Of a DNA stretch of 64,000 bases, positions 50,394-61,088 are shown one piece after another. The notes below the pieces were generated by a model that searched no databases, was not told where the DNA came from, and worked only from the letters and a program-made list of their open reading frames with translations. The stretch lies in NCBI GenBank assembly GCA_016936665.1, contig JAFGXI010000017.1:114672-178671 (forward strand), in the 5' to 3' direction. The number at the start of each line of letters is the position of its first letter. Position 1 is the stretch's first letter. A program made the position numbers and the translations under genes. This DNA is from Bacteroidales bacterium (GTDB lineage Bacteria; Bacteroidota; Bacteroidia; Bacteroidales; JAFGXI01).

Positions 50394-51977
50394 ATGAAAC
50401 AAACTTTAAGCATTTTGCTACTCACAAGTGTTATGTTTGCCCAAGCGCAGATAACTAACTTATTGCAATACAAAAAGGCAAAACGATTGATTTATCTCGA
50501 AAACTACCAAGAAGCCTTACCTATTTTGGATAGCTTATCGCATATAGACGATAATAACGCCAACTTAAATTATTTATTAGGGTTGTGCTACTACCATCAA
50601 CAGCAAGATCGACAACAAGCCATTCCTTATCTAGAAAAAGCATCGAAAAACGTTAACGAAAAAACAAAAGAGGATTATAAGTCTGATGAAGCTCCCATGG
50701 ATGCCTTGTATTATTTAGCTCATGCTTATTTACTAGATTATCAGTTAGACAAATGCATACAAACCAGCGAAACCCTGAAACAAAAAAGCTCAGACGTTTT
50801 GTATAAAGACAAGGCTGACCGTTTGATTAATCATGCACAAAATGCACAATTGTTAACCAAAATGCCCATCCAAATAGAAATTAATGCATTAGGGGCAAAC
50901 ATCAACAGTACAGAAGACGATTACTCACCATTAATAAATGCCGATGAAACGTTTATGGTTTTTACATCGAGACGAGAAGGCAGCACCGGTGGGCAACTAA
51001 ACGACGAAGGTCGATACTACGAAGATGTTTACTCCAGCATAAAAGATATGGGACAATGGCAAAAAGCAGTACCATTCAACAACAACATTAATACCACTCG
51101 TCACGATGCTGCCGTAGCTTTGTCGGCCGATGGCAACGATATGATTATTTATCGCGATGACTATGGCATTGGGAACTTATACAGCTCACATTTGTTTAGC
51201 AACGGCTGGTCTAAAGCGGAAAAACTCTCTAGCAATGTCAATTCGAAAAATAACGAAACACACGCTGCATTCTCGCACGATGGTCAAACCTTATACTTTA
51301 TAAGTGATATAGATGGTGGTTATGGCGGAAAAGATATTTATTTTTCTAACAAACTTCCCAATGGACAATGGGGACTACCACAAAACTTAGGCATCGGCAT
51401 CAATACAAAATGGGACGAAGATGGCGTTTATATTCATCCTGATGGAAGCAAATTATACTTTAGCTCAGAGGGTCATAATTCGATGGGCGGTTACGATATT
51501 TTCTATTGCGAATGGCTAGCCGAAAGCGGTTGGTCTGAACCTAAAAATGTGGGATATCCAATAAATACTACCGACGACGATGTTTTTGCTGTTTTTTCTG
51601 CAGACGGGAAACGAGCATATTACTCTGCTCAGAAAAAAGATGGCATGGGTGGTTTCGATATTTATATGATGAATTTAATGTCGTTGCCCGAACGGAACAA
51701 CACCATTGTAAAGGGACCTATTTTAGATGCTAATGGTCAAATTGTTTTAGGTTATAATTTAAAAGTATACAACAGCGAGCATCAACTAATCGGCCAATAT
51801 AAAGCGAATAACGAAGGGATTTACACTCTTGTGCTCAAACAAGGTGAAACTTACTTTTTAGAGTCTAATGATGCGAAATTGATAAACAATAAATTAGAAG
51901 TTCCGGGAAACACTGCTTTTTATATCACTCAATTACCATATCATATAAAAGCAATTGCTAACACCCTTGCCAAGTAA
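50394..51977 (+). CDS. Secreted TPR + PD40 repeat protein (no OmpA domain)
   Basis: TPRs; LYFISDIDGGYGGKDIY, HPDGSKLYFSSEGHNSMGGYDIF. Confidence 0.82.
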   Translation: MKQTLSILLLTSVMFAQAQITNLLQYKKAKRLIYLENYQEALPILDSLSHIDDNNANLNYLLGLCYYHQQQDRQQAIPYLEKASKNVNEKTKEDYKSDEAPMDALYYLAHAYLLDYQLDKCIQTSETLKQKSSDVLYKDKADRLINHAQNAQLLTKMPIQIEINALGANINSTEDDYSPLINADETFMVFTSRREGSTGGQLNDEGRYYEDVYSSIKDMGQWQKAVPFNNNINTTRHDAAVALSADGNDMIIYRDDYGIGNLYSSHLFSNGWSKAEKLSSNVNSKNNETHAAFSHDGQTLYFISDIDGGYGGKDIYFSNKLPNGQWGLPQNLGIGINTKWDEDGVYIHPDGSKLYFSSEGHNSMGGYDIFYCEWLAESGWSEPKNVGYPINTTDDDVFAVFSADGKRAYYSAQKKDGMGGFDIYMMNLMSLPERNNTIVKGPILDANGQIVLGYNLKVYNSEHQLIGQYKANNEGIYTLVLKQGETYFLESNDAKLINNKLEVPGNTAFYITQLPYHIKAIANTLAK

Positions 51978-52582
51978 TGAAAACCTTTAGCCAAACCATT
52001 TCAGCAATCCTACACCCTGCATTTGTTCCATTACTGGGCTTTTTACTTCTGTATTATATTAGTGGCGATGCTCTATATCTACCTCCAAATATATTTTGGT
52101 TTACTTTATTAATAATTTTTCAATTTACCATACTTATACCTTTTTCTATTTTGTACTTTTTATACAGAATAAAAAAAGTAAGCGACTTTTACTTATCTAA
52201 AAGAGAAGAGCGCCCCTTGCCTTTAATTCTTACTTTGATAAGCTACGCCATCAGTTATGCCATTTTCAGATATTTTCATTACCCTCATATTATTGTAAGT
52301 TTTTTCGCAACGGTTGTTATTGCCACTGCCTTTAGCATGTTTGTATCTTTTACATATAAAATTAGCCTACACAGTATCGCATGGGGAGCCGTTAGCGGGC
52401 TATGTTTAGCCTTGGCTTACCGATATCATATAGAGCTTCATTTTATCGTTTCAATATCATTTATTATTTCTGCAATTGTTGCGCTAAGTCGTTTGTTTTT
52501 AGACGCACACAAGCCAGCCGAAATATATACCGGTTGGGCTTCTTCGTTTAGTTTAGCATTGTATATAATGACTTTTTTTTAG
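51977..52582 (+). CDS. PAP2-like multi-TM membrane protein
   Basis: ILHP, ERPLP, KISLH, SRLFLDAH...IYTG. Confidence 0.7.
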   Translation: MKTFSQTISAILHPAFVPLLGFLLLYYISGDALYLPPNIFWFTLLIIFQFTILIPFSILYFLYRIKKVSDFYLSKREERPLPLILTLISYAISYAIFRYFHYPHIIVSFFATVVIATAFSMFVSFTYKISLHSIAWGAVSGLCLALAYRYHIELHFIVSISFIISAIVALSRLFLDAHKPAEIYTGWASSFSLALYIMTFF

Positions 52583-52954
52583 ATGGCCTATTTTTTAGTT
52601 TTCATAGGAGGAGGATTTGGAAGTTTAACGCGATTTTTATTGTCGAAATGGGTACAAAATCAGTTCGATGGCATACATCCTGTTGCTACTTTTATTTCCA
52701 ACATGTCGGCAACTCTAATTTTAGGACTTGTTATCTTCTTTACACACAACAAAATAGCTGAACACCAAGCCCTAAGGTGGTTATTAGTAACCGGATTTTG
52801 TGGCGGTTTTAGCACTTTTTCTACCTTTAGTTACGAAACCTTTAGCTTATTCAAATTAGGAGCATACGGTTGGGCGATTTCCAATGTTCTAGTGAGTATT
52901 TCACTTGGTATATTAATTATTTTCTTACTTTCAAAAGCCAGTCCACATGTTTAA
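52583..52954 (+). CDS. crcB: Fluoride efflux channel FluC/CrcB
   Basis: GGGFGSLTRF and TGFCGGFSTFSTF. Confidence 0.93.
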   Translation: MAYFLVFIGGGFGSLTRFLLSKWVQNQFDGIHPVATFISNMSATLILGLVIFFTHNKIAEHQALRWLLVTGFCGGFSTFSTFSYETFSLFKLGAYGWAISNVLVSISLGILIIFLLSKASPHV

Positions 52955-53621
52955 CTTCCTGAAAAAGAGAAGAAAAGCAATTTCCGAAAACAAATTCTCG
53001 AAACTAAATTCAGTCTCTGATGCTTTTTACCATGGGAAATACCGAGAATGTATAGAAGAAGCAAAACCATTATTTAACAATTCCGATATAGAAATTAGGC
53101 TGAATGCACAACGTTTCTATGGTTTAGCCAATTATAGACTAAAACGATACGAAGAAGCCAGCAGAATTTTTCAGGAAATTGCCGAAGAAACCAAGAATAC
53201 CGACGATTGGTTTAACTTAATGACTGCTGCTATTAGAAATAAACAAATTGAGTTGGGAGAAAAGGCATACGAAAAGTTCAATCATCCGCAAAGCGTGAGA
53301 GGAGCTAATCAAATGCTTACGTATGCCAATGTAACCTATCAATTAATGATTGCCTTGCAGGATGCTGAAGTTTACGATAAATCTCTGGAAAAATTAATCG
53401 TCTTGAAACGATACATTGCTCAAGCGAAAGAACATAATTCCGAATTCCTTGCTAAACATGGTTTGCCTTTTATTTTTCAGACTTTAGTTTCTGCTCGAAC
53501 AACCTTAGAGCAGCAATATACTAATGAACAAATTGAACGCTTTTTAGACGATTTCGAAAAACATGTCGACCAAGATGGAAAAGAAAGTATTCAGGAATTT
53601 AGAGCCAGTTTAGTAAAGTAA
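52947..53621 (+). CDS. TPR-like hypothetical protein
   Basis: Helical repeats (GLANYRLKRYEEASRIF). Confidence 0.6.
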   Translation: MFNFLKKRRKAISENKFSKLNSVSDAFYHGKYRECIEEAKPLFNNSDIEIRLNAQRFYGLANYRLKRYEEASRIFQEIAEETKNTDDWFNLMTAAIRNKQIELGEKAYEKFNHPQSVRGANQMLTYANVTYQLMIALQDAEVYDKSLEKLIVLKRYIAQAKEHNSEFLAKHGLPFIFQTLVSARTTLEQQYTNEQIERFLDDFEKHVDQDGKESIQEFRASLVK

Positions 53622-53623
53622 GT

Positions 53624-55498
53624 TTACCATATAGAGCTAACTTTTTCGGCAATAGAGTTACTGTCGAAGCCACAAAGCTGATACAGTTCACTTTGGCTAC
53701 CATGAGGAATAAATTTGTCCGGAATTCCCATTGTGTCGATCGTATTTTTATATTGATGCTTAGCCATAAACTCTAAAACGGCAGAGCCAAACCCCCCTTG
53801 CACAGCACCATCTTCAACAGTAATAATATGTAAAAACGACTGACATACATGGTGCATCACTTCTTCGTCGAGGGGTTTAACAAAACGCATATCGTAATGC
53901 TGAAACTGAATTCCATCGGCTTTTAACTGTTCGGCAGCTTCTTTCACCAATTCACCGGTAATGCCAATGCTTAATACTGCCACTCTACTCCCTTCTGCAA
54001 TTAAGCGAGCTTTGCCAAACGCTATCTTTTCAAATGGAACTTTCCAATCGACAATCGATCCTGATCCTCTAGGGTAGCGTATCGCAACCGGACCATACGA
54101 CGCAGTTTGAACGGTATAAAGCATTTGCCTTAAGTCGATAACATCCATAGGAGCAGCAACAATTAAGTTGGGTACTGTACGCATGTGCGATAAATCGAAT
54201 GCTCCGTGATGCGTTTCTCCATCGTCGCCCACTAAACCTCCTCTATCCAAGCAAAACACTACATTTAGGTTTTGTATGGCTACGTCGTGAATTACGCCAT
54301 CGTAAGCGCGTTGCATAAAAGTTGAATAAATATTGCAATAAGGGAGTTGCCCGGAAATTGCCAATCCTGCAGAGAAAGTAACTGCATGTTGTTCTGCAAT
54401 ACCAACATCAAATGCTCTATCGGGCATTTCTTTCATCATGATATTTAATGATGAGCCCGAAGGCATGGCCGGTGTAATACCTACAATTTTTTCGTTCTGC
54501 TTTGCTAACTCAACAATAGTATGACCAAATACATCTTGGAATTTTACCGGTGTTGGTCTATCAGATTTACTTTTAATAATCTCGCCCGTTACTTTATCGA
54601 ATTTACCCGGCGCGTGAAATTGGGTTTGGTTGAGCTCTGCTTGTTTAAATCCTTTCCCTTTTTTTGTGATTACATGCAGAACTTTGGGACCTGGGAGATT
54701 CTTTAAATCAGCAATAATTTTACTTAAATACACAACATCGTGCCCATCTACAGGGCCAAAGTATCGAAAATTGAACGACTCAAACACATTGCTATGTCGA
54801 AGAATAATAGATTTAATACCATTATCGATTTTTTGAGCAATGTTTCTGGCTTCGGGTATTTTACCTAAAATTCGCCATACATCTTTTTTAACTCGATTAT
54901 ATGTTTTAGAGGTAGAAATATCCATCAAATACTCGTTAAGCGCTCCGGTATTTGGATCAATTGCCATGTTATTATCATTAAGAATAACAAGCAAATCGGC
55001 ATTTAATGAACCTGCATTATTGAGCCCTTCGAAAGCCAAACCACCCGTCATAGAGCCATCGCCAATAACAGCAACTACTTTTCTGTTTTCTTTGCTTCGC
55101 TTGGCGGCTACAGCTATGCCCAAGGCAGCGCTAATCGAAGTCGAGGCGTGCCCAACTCCAAAAGCATCGTACTCACTTTCGCTTGGTTTCGGGAAACCAC
55201 TTATTCCTCCTAGTTTACGATTAGTGTTAAATTGATCTCTACGACCTGTTAATATCTTATGTCCATAAGCCTGATGGCCAACATCCCAAACAATTTTATC
55301 ATATGGTGTGTTAAGCGCATAATGCAATGCTATCGTAAGTTCTACAACGCCAAGACTCGCGCCAAAATGTCCCGGGTTATTAGATACAATATCAATAATA
55401 TACGAACGCAACTCTTTACTAACTTGTAAAAGCTGATCGATGCTTAATTTCCTAAGATCATCGGGATTATTAATATTTTTGAGTAGCTCGTATTCCAT
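53624..55498 (-). CDS. dxs: 1-deoxy-D-xylulose-5-phosphate synthase
   Basis: GHFGASLGVVEL, WDVGHQAY, GDGSMTGG, DVGIAEQHA, IRYPRG; start ATG 55498 follows TAAATTTG at 55526-55533. Confidence 0.97.
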   Translation of the reverse strand: MEYELLKNINNPDDLRKLSIDQLLQVSKELRSYIIDIVSNNPGHFGASLGVVELTIALHYALNTPYDKIVWDVGHQAYGHKILTGRRDQFNTNRKLGGISGFPKPSESEYDAFGVGHASTSISAALGIAVAAKRSKENRKVVAVIGDGSMTGGLAFEGLNNAGSLNADLLVILNDNNMAIDPNTGALNEYLMDISTSKTYNRVKKDVWRILGKIPEARNIAQKIDNGIKSIILRHSNVFESFNFRYFGPVDGHDVVYLSKIIADLKNLPGPKVLHVITKKGKGFKQAELNQTQFHAPGKFDKVTGEIIKSKSDRPTPVKFQDVFGHTIVELAKQNEKIVGITPAMPSGSSLNIMMKEMPDRAFDVGIAEQHAVTFSAGLAISGQLPYCNIYSTFMQRAYDGVIHDVAIQNLNVVFCLDRGGLVGDDGETHHGAFDLSHMRTVPNLIVAAPMDVIDLRQMLYTVQTASYGPVAIRYPRGSGSIVDWKVPFEKIAFGKARLIAEGSRVAVLSIGITGELVKEAAEQLKADGIQFQHYDMRFVKPLDEEVMHHVCQSFLHIITVEDGAVQGGFGSAVLEFMAKHQYKNTIDTMGIPDKFIPHGSQSELYQLCGFDSNSIAEKVSSIW

Positions 55499-55654
55499 GC
55501 TTTGCATTTCAACTCGTATCGGCAACAAATTTATAAAAAATGCATAGGAAACAAGTGCACTCTGTGGTATCTTAGGTACTAATTTCTTATAATTTATATT
55601 AAAATAATTGAATTAGTCCAAAACGGTATTTGCTGTCTAACGTAAAAAAGCGGA

Positions 55655-56410
55655 TTATTTCTTTTTATTAGCCTCCTTAACATACTGCTCCAAAGCCATA
55701 GTCATCGATGGTGCTTTAGGGTGTGGAGCATTAATATCCAGTCTTAACCCAGCCTCTTCCACTGCTTTAGCGGTGGTTGGTCCGAAAGCTGCAATACGTG
55801 TTTCGCCTTGTTCAAAATCCGGAAAATTCTGAAATAAAGATTTAATCCCCGACGGGCTAAAAAAGACTAAAACATCATACTTTATGTCGGCTAAATCGGA
55901 CAAGTCGCTTAAAACAGTTCTATACATAATGGCTTTAATGTATTTGAAACCGGCACTGTCTAAAGAAGCTGGTATCGATTGTTTGTGAATATCTGAAAGC
56001 GGGATTAAAAACTTTTCGTCTTTGTGTTTTTGGGCCACAGTTAACAAATCGTCGAATTTCCCATTTCCATAGAAAATCTTTCTTTTTCTGTAAACGATAT
56101 ACTTCTGAAGATAAAAAGCAGTAGCCTCGGAAATACAGAAATACTTCATTTCATCCGGAATCGTAATTCTTAATTCTTCGGCGAGTCGGAAATAATGGTC
56201 AATAGCTGTTCGACTGGTAAAAAACACTGCAGAGAAATCTAATATATTGATTTTAGATTGTCTGAATTCTGAAGCAGAAATTGGCTCAACATGTATAAAT
56301 GATCTAAAGTCGATCGTTAAATTATACTTTTCTGCTAAATCGAAATAAGGTGACTTGTCACTTTGTGGTTTGGGTTGAGAAACCAAAATACTCTTAACTC
56401 TTTTACTCAT
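55655..56410 (-). CDS. hemD: Uroporphyrinogen-III synthase-like protein (Bacteroidota HemD family)
   Basis: SILVSQPKP, FTSRTAIDH, YLQKYIVYRKRK, FFSPSGI. Confidence 0.82.
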   Translation of the reverse strand: MSKRVKSILVSQPKPQSDKSPYFDLAEKYNLTIDFRSFIHVEPISASEFRQSKINILDFSAVFFTSRTAIDHYFRLAEELRITIPDEMKYFCISEATAFYLQKYIVYRKRKIFYGNGKFDDLLTVAQKHKDEKFLIPLSDIHKQSIPASLDSAGFKYIKAIMYRTVLSDLSDLADIKYDVLVFFSPSGIKSLFQNFPDFEQGETRIAAFGPTTAKAVEEAGLRLDINAPHPKAPSMTMALEQYVKEANKKK

Positions 56411-56431
56411 GTAAAGTACTTTTTTATCTCC

Positions 56432-57658
56432 CTAAAATATCAGTTTGTACACCAACATTATAGGTACAATTTCAAGGGTGCAAAGATACAAAATCATATA
56501 GAAATACGGAACCCTTGCCTTAAAACTTATTTGTAAGCCTCTGAACCACCTATAAATAAAAGAAAAGCTAATTATGAAAAAGATAGCTCCAAGAATATAT
56601 TGCTGTGCATTTAGGTCGACAAAAGGGAATAAAACCACCAATGGCATTAAAACCACACCTAAAAGGCGATTGTTATAATAGACATTGTACAAATATTCAT
56701 CGATGAGTTCGCCGGTTTCGAAGAAAAATGCTAATATTTTATTGCTACTGTAATAGGCAAAATTATATGCTAAAAAAGCAGAAAGGATAAGACTAAACCA
56801 TAAAAAATAAGCATCTATCGCCATTTTAAAGAAATAGGAAGTATAAAAACCAACCAAGGATATATTAAGATAATATAATACACTTAATAAGGTGTCGAAC
56901 TTTACCTGGACAACATTTTGTTCTTTGTATATCTTATAAAAATGCTGATAACTAAAAAATGCTTGCCAGAATATTTTGAATTTATGACCAAAATATAATC
57001 TCACAAAAGCCAATAAAAAAAGCATAGACAAAACCATACTAATCAACCAGAAAGAGCCACTCAAATGCTTATCACTCACTAAAGTTACTTCTTCTTGCTT
57101 CGAAGGAACCGACTGGATCCATTGTGTAGAGTCGCTCTCTTTCACCACTTTTCTCGGTGCAATTTTAGGTTTAACCGATACTTCCTCTACCGCATTAAAT
57201 GCAAGGCTATCTATAGGCGCTAATACCGGCAAAGTATCTTCAACCAGTATTGAGTTTACAAGAGAAACGCTATCTTCTACAGCAAGTTCGGATTTTGTTT
57301 CTGTTATGAAATTTGGAACAGGAGTGTAGATAAAACCCTTAATATCCCATAACTTAAAAGCTTTATTTTGGAACGACTGAATCATCGCCAAAGTATCTTT
57401 TTTAAGCAGTAGATAGGAATCGTTAAAGCTTCTTGCTTTAATTTCTTTGGGCTTTTTAACACTCAGTCTTCGTGTTTTTACTTTTACTATAGAATCGATT
57501 TGATGATGATCGAAATCGGTTGATAAAATAGAGCTTGGCTGATTATTGAAAAAGTCGACAGGCTTATTTTCTCCAGCAAAAGGATTATTTTGCTGAGTAG
57601 AATCGGGCGACTGAGGCGCTACAGTATATGACTCAAAATAAAAGTGGCTTTCTTGCAT
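56432..57658 (-). CDS. DUF4271 membrane protein with long N-terminal extension
   Basis: C-terminal TM bundle ending YMILYLCTLEIVP; synteny with hemD. Confidence 0.8.
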   Translation of the reverse strand: MQESHFYFESYTVAPQSPDSTQQNNPFAGENKPVDFFNNQPSSILSTDFDHHQIDSIVKVKTRRLSVKKPKEIKARSFNDSYLLLKKDTLAMIQSFQNKAFKLWDIKGFIYTPVPNFITETKSELAVEDSVSLVNSILVEDTLPVLAPIDSLAFNAVEEVSVKPKIAPRKVVKESDSTQWIQSVPSKQEEVTLVSDKHLSGSFWLISMVLSMLFLLAFVRLYFGHKFKIFWQAFFSYQHFYKIYKEQNVVQVKFDTLLSVLYYLNISLVGFYTSYFFKMAIDAYFLWFSLILSAFLAYNFAYYSSNKILAFFFETGELIDEYLYNVYYNNRLLGVVLMPLVVLFPFVDLNAQQYILGAIFFIISFSFIYRWFRGLQISFKARVPYFYMILYLCTLEIVPIMLVYKLIF

Positions 57659-57856
57659 AATCTAAGCTAAGATGTAAAAATAGTGTAAATTTATAATTTA
57701 AGAAAACGAAACAAATTGGGTATGTATTTAAAATGATGACGACAGCTTGTCGTAAATCGATTTTATTAATAAATATTATCGATTTGTTTTCAAAAAAATG
57801 AATATAACCATAGTTTTGTAAATCAAACACAAATCATTAAATTAAGCATTTTCAAC

Positions 57857-59035
57857 ATGAATAAAGATATTAAACTCATCCCCGATTATTTTATTATAGA
57901 TCAACTACTTACAGAAGAACATCTTTTAGTCCGACAATCGGTAAGGGACTGGGTGGACAGCAAACTAAAACCAGTAATAGACGACTACAGTCAACGACAC
58001 GAATTCCCTAGTTTTGTTCTAAAAGAATTAGGTGAACTGGGCGCATTTGGCCCATATATTCCTGAGCAGTATGGTGGTGCCGGGCTCGATCAGATTTCTT
58101 ACGGATTAATAATGCAAGAGCTAGAAAGGGGCGATTCTGGCATTCGTTCAACCGCTTCGGTTCAATCTTCGTTAGTAATGTATCCTATTTTCGCCTTCGG
58201 GTCGGAAAAACAGAAACAAAAATATTTACCATTGCTTGCCAAAGGCGAAAAAATCGGAGCTTTCGGATTAACCGAACCAAACCATGGCTCCGACCCGGGT
58301 AGCATGATAACCAAAATAGAAGATAAAGGCGATTATTATTTGCTGAATGGGGCAAAGATGTGGATCACCAATGCTCCTATAGCCGACATTGCTGTTGTAT
58401 GGGCAAAAGATGAACATGGCATTGTAAGAGGACTTCTTGTTGAAAAAGGCATGGAAGGTTTTTCTGCTCCTGAAACACATCGCAAATGGTCGTTAAGAGC
58501 CAGTATCACAGGAGAGTTGGTCTTCGATAACGTTAAAGTACCTAAAGAAAATCTTCTTCCCAATATTCAGGGCTTAAAAGGCCCGATGATGTGCTTAAAC
58601 TCCGCACGTTATGGCATTGCTTGGGGTGTGGTAGGTGCTGCAATCGACTGCTACAGCACTGCTTTGCAATATGCTTTAGAAAGAAAACAATTCGACAAAC
58701 CCATTGCTTCGTTTCAACTTCAGCAGAAAAAATTAGCCGAAATTGTGACCGAAATAACAAAAGCCCAATTATTAGTTTGGCGTTTAGGTACACTACGTAA
58801 CGACGACAAAGCAAGTCCGGCACAAATATCGATGGCTAAAAGAAACAATGTGGATATGGCTTTAAATGTTGCCAGAGAATCTCGTCAAATACTCGGGGCT
58901 ATGGGAATAACCGGCGATTATCCTATTATGCGACATATGATGAATCTTGAATCGGTGGTTACCTACGAAGGCACCCACGATATTCATTTGCTTATTACCG
59001 GCTTCGACATAACTGGCATTGCTGCTTTTAAATAA
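57857..59035 (+). CDS. gcdH: Glutaryl-CoA dehydrogenase-like acyl-CoA dehydrogenase
   Basis: ELERGDSG.RS..SVQSSL, FGLTEPNHGSDP, SLRASITG, NLESVVTYEGTHDIH; TAGTTTTG promoter motif at 57811. Confidence 0.85.
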   Translation: MNKDIKLIPDYFIIDQLLTEEHLLVRQSVRDWVDSKLKPVIDDYSQRHEFPSFVLKELGELGAFGPYIPEQYGGAGLDQISYGLIMQELERGDSGIRSTASVQSSLVMYPIFAFGSEKQKQKYLPLLAKGEKIGAFGLTEPNHGSDPGSMITKIEDKGDYYLLNGAKMWITNAPIADIAVVWAKDEHGIVRGLLVEKGMEGFSAPETHRKWSLRASITGELVFDNVKVPKENLLPNIQGLKGPMMCLNSARYGIAWGVVGAAIDCYSTALQYALERKQFDKPIASFQLQQKKLAEIVTEITKAQLLVWRLGTLRNDDKASPAQISMAKRNNVDMALNVARESRQILGAMGITGDYPIMRHMMNLESVVTYEGTHDIHLLITGFDITGIAAFK

Positions 59036-59053
59036 TCTTATAAATAACTGAAT

Positions 59054-59584
59054 ATGAAATTTTTATGGACAATTCTTTTAGCAATCGTTGTATTACAATC
59101 TTGCACAGAAGTTAAATTTAAACAACCTCAACCCCAAGGCATAGCTGCATTAGAAAGCATTCCGGAATCGATGCAAGGTTATTACCTTTTGGGCGATAAA
59201 GACACCGTTAAAATCTTTGCCAATGGCTTTGAAATGAAAAAAGACAGTACCAACGAAAAAGAGCAACACGAACTTTCCGAGTTTTTTGCTATCAAACGTT
59301 GGAAGAAAACTATTTTCATCAATTTAAGAGATAAAGATGAACCATATTGGAGCGTAATCTTTCTAACCCCCAACGATAGTAACATTAGTGTTGGTTTTTT
59401 AAGTTTCAATCAGAACGACAAAGAAAGCATCGATCAATTTAAACAATTAACCAAGGTTGAGGAACTTTTAAATGAAGAAGGAAAAATTACAAACTACTTA
59501 ATCGATCCTTCAAAAAAAGAGCTAAAAAAGATTTTAAAAACAATTCCAATGTATGATCTTGGAAAACTGCGTAAAATAGAATAA
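59054..59584 (+). CDS. Hypothetical lipoprotein
   Basis: Lipobox LQSC; FKQPQP motif. Confidence 0.7.
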   Translation: MKFLWTILLAIVVLQSCTEVKFKQPQPQGIAALESIPESMQGYYLLGDKDTVKIFANGFEMKKDSTNEKEQHELSEFFAIKRWKKTIFINLRDKDEPYWSVIFLTPNDSNISVGFLSFNQNDKESIDQFKQLTKVEELLNEEGKITNYLIDPSKKELKKILKTIPMYDLGKLRKIE

Positions 59585-59587
59585 TCG

Positions 59588-60349
59588 ATGAAAATAATTT
59601 CATATAACGTCAACGGAATAAGAGCAGCTATTGGTAAAGGATTTGCAGAGTGGTTATCATCAGAAAACCCAGACATCATTTGCCTTCAAGAAACCAAAGC
59701 AACAGTCGATCAAGTCGATATGCAAGCTATACGAGATTTAGGATATTTCGATTTTTGGTTTTCGGCTCAAAAAAAAGGATATAGTGGCGTGGCCATTTTT
59801 ACCAAAATAAAACCCGATCGAGTCATCGAAGGTATAGGTATCGAAACTTACGATAACGAAGGGCGAATGATTCGTGCCGACTTTGGCGAAATAACCCTTA
59901 TCAATTCATATTTTCCGAGTGGCACAACCGGAGATATCCGACAAGAAGTAAAGGAAGCCTATTTAGCCGATGTACAAGTCTTTATCAACCGTCTAAAACA
60001 AGAGCGTCCAAACATTATTTTATGTGGCGATTTTAACATTTGTCATACGGATATCGATATCCATAATCCTTCGAAACAACAAAACACATCGGGTTTTTTA
60101 CCACACGAAAGACAATGGATTAGCGACTTTCTAGCCGGTGGTTTCAAAGATAGTTTCAGAATGTTTAACTCGGAACCTCACAATTACAGTTGGTGGAGTT
60201 ACAGAGCAGGGGCAAGATCTAAAAATTTAGGTTGGCGCATCGATTATCATATGGTTAGTGAGACATTAGCCAAGAGCGTAAAATCGGCTAGCATTTTAAG
60301 TCAGGTTGTTCATTCCGACCATTGTCCTATTGTTATAGAGTTGGATTAA
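59588..60349 (+). CDS. xth: Exodeoxyribonuclease III
   Basis: SYNVNGIRA, LQETK, GDFNICH, WWSYR, GWRIDY, SDHCP. Confidence 0.96.
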   Translation: MKIISYNVNGIRAAIGKGFAEWLSSENPDIICLQETKATVDQVDMQAIRDLGYFDFWFSAQKKGYSGVAIFTKIKPDRVIEGIGIETYDNEGRMIRADFGEITLINSYFPSGTTGDIRQEVKEAYLADVQVFINRLKQERPNIILCGDFNICHTDIDIHNPSKQQNTSGFLPHERQWISDFLAGGFKDSFRMFNSEPHNYSWWSYRAGARSKNLGWRIDYHMVSETLAKSVKSASILSQVVHSDHCPIVIELD

Positions 60350-61086
60350 GGCAGATGGAAAAAATGTCCACTGGCGTTTGGCGCGTATGAGACATATTCT
60401 TGTTTGCAAGAACCATGTAGATAAAAATCGCCCGATTTTGCAATTGTTAAATTAAGTTTTTCTTGCACAGTAAGGTGCATGTTACCTAAAGACGAATGAT
60501 TAACGCTGGCGTTTTGGACTACTAAATTTTCGAAGTATAAATGATTGGAACCACTCGAATAAGAATACAAATTCTCGACCTCACCACTCATTGTAAATTC
60601 GCCAATAACAGCGTGAAATTGAAAGGAGAGTTCTTGAGCTTTAACTTTAATGTTCCATTTTAGCAAATCGGCTCTCGACTCGAACAAACATTTTGTCAGA
60701 CGCAAAGTATCTTCTGAATAGCAATCGGCATTTCCATTAATTTCTACTTTAGATAACTCTTTAAAATGCAACTCAATTTTAAGATCGGGGTAGCCTTTAA
60801 ACATTTTACAAGTGTTTTCGTCGCTGATTGTCAATAAACTGTCATACAGATCGAACTTAACATTTTCCAGCATATCTTTCGGCCCTTCAATAACAGCGTA
60901 TGAAGCAGTGTCTTGAACAAAATAAAACTGAAATCGACTTTGAATATCTAATTGATTGAAATCTTGCAGCATCAATGTTTGGGCTCCAAGCTCCCCATTA
61001 TCGCCACACTTTTCCATTTTATCTTTACTGCAAGAAAAAACAAGAACAAAACTTAATAATATTACAAAAATTGCAGAGCGCTTCAT
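60346..61086 (-). CDS. GIN/DUF2807 domain lipoprotein
   Basis: Lipobox VFSC and beta-helix repeats. Confidence 0.75.
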   Translation of the reverse strand: MKRSAIFVILLSFVLVFSCSKDKMEKCGDNGELGAQTLMLQDFNQLDIQSRFQFYFVQDTASYAVIEGPKDMLENVKFDLYDSLLTISDENTCKMFKGYPDLKIELHFKELSKVEINGNADCYSEDTLRLTKCLFESRADLLKWNIKVKAQELSFQFHAVIGEFTMSGEVENLYSYSSGSNHLYFENLVVQNASVNHSSLGNMHLTVQEKLNLTIAKSGDFYLHGSCKQEYVSYAPNASGHFFHLP

Positions 61087-61088
61087 GT

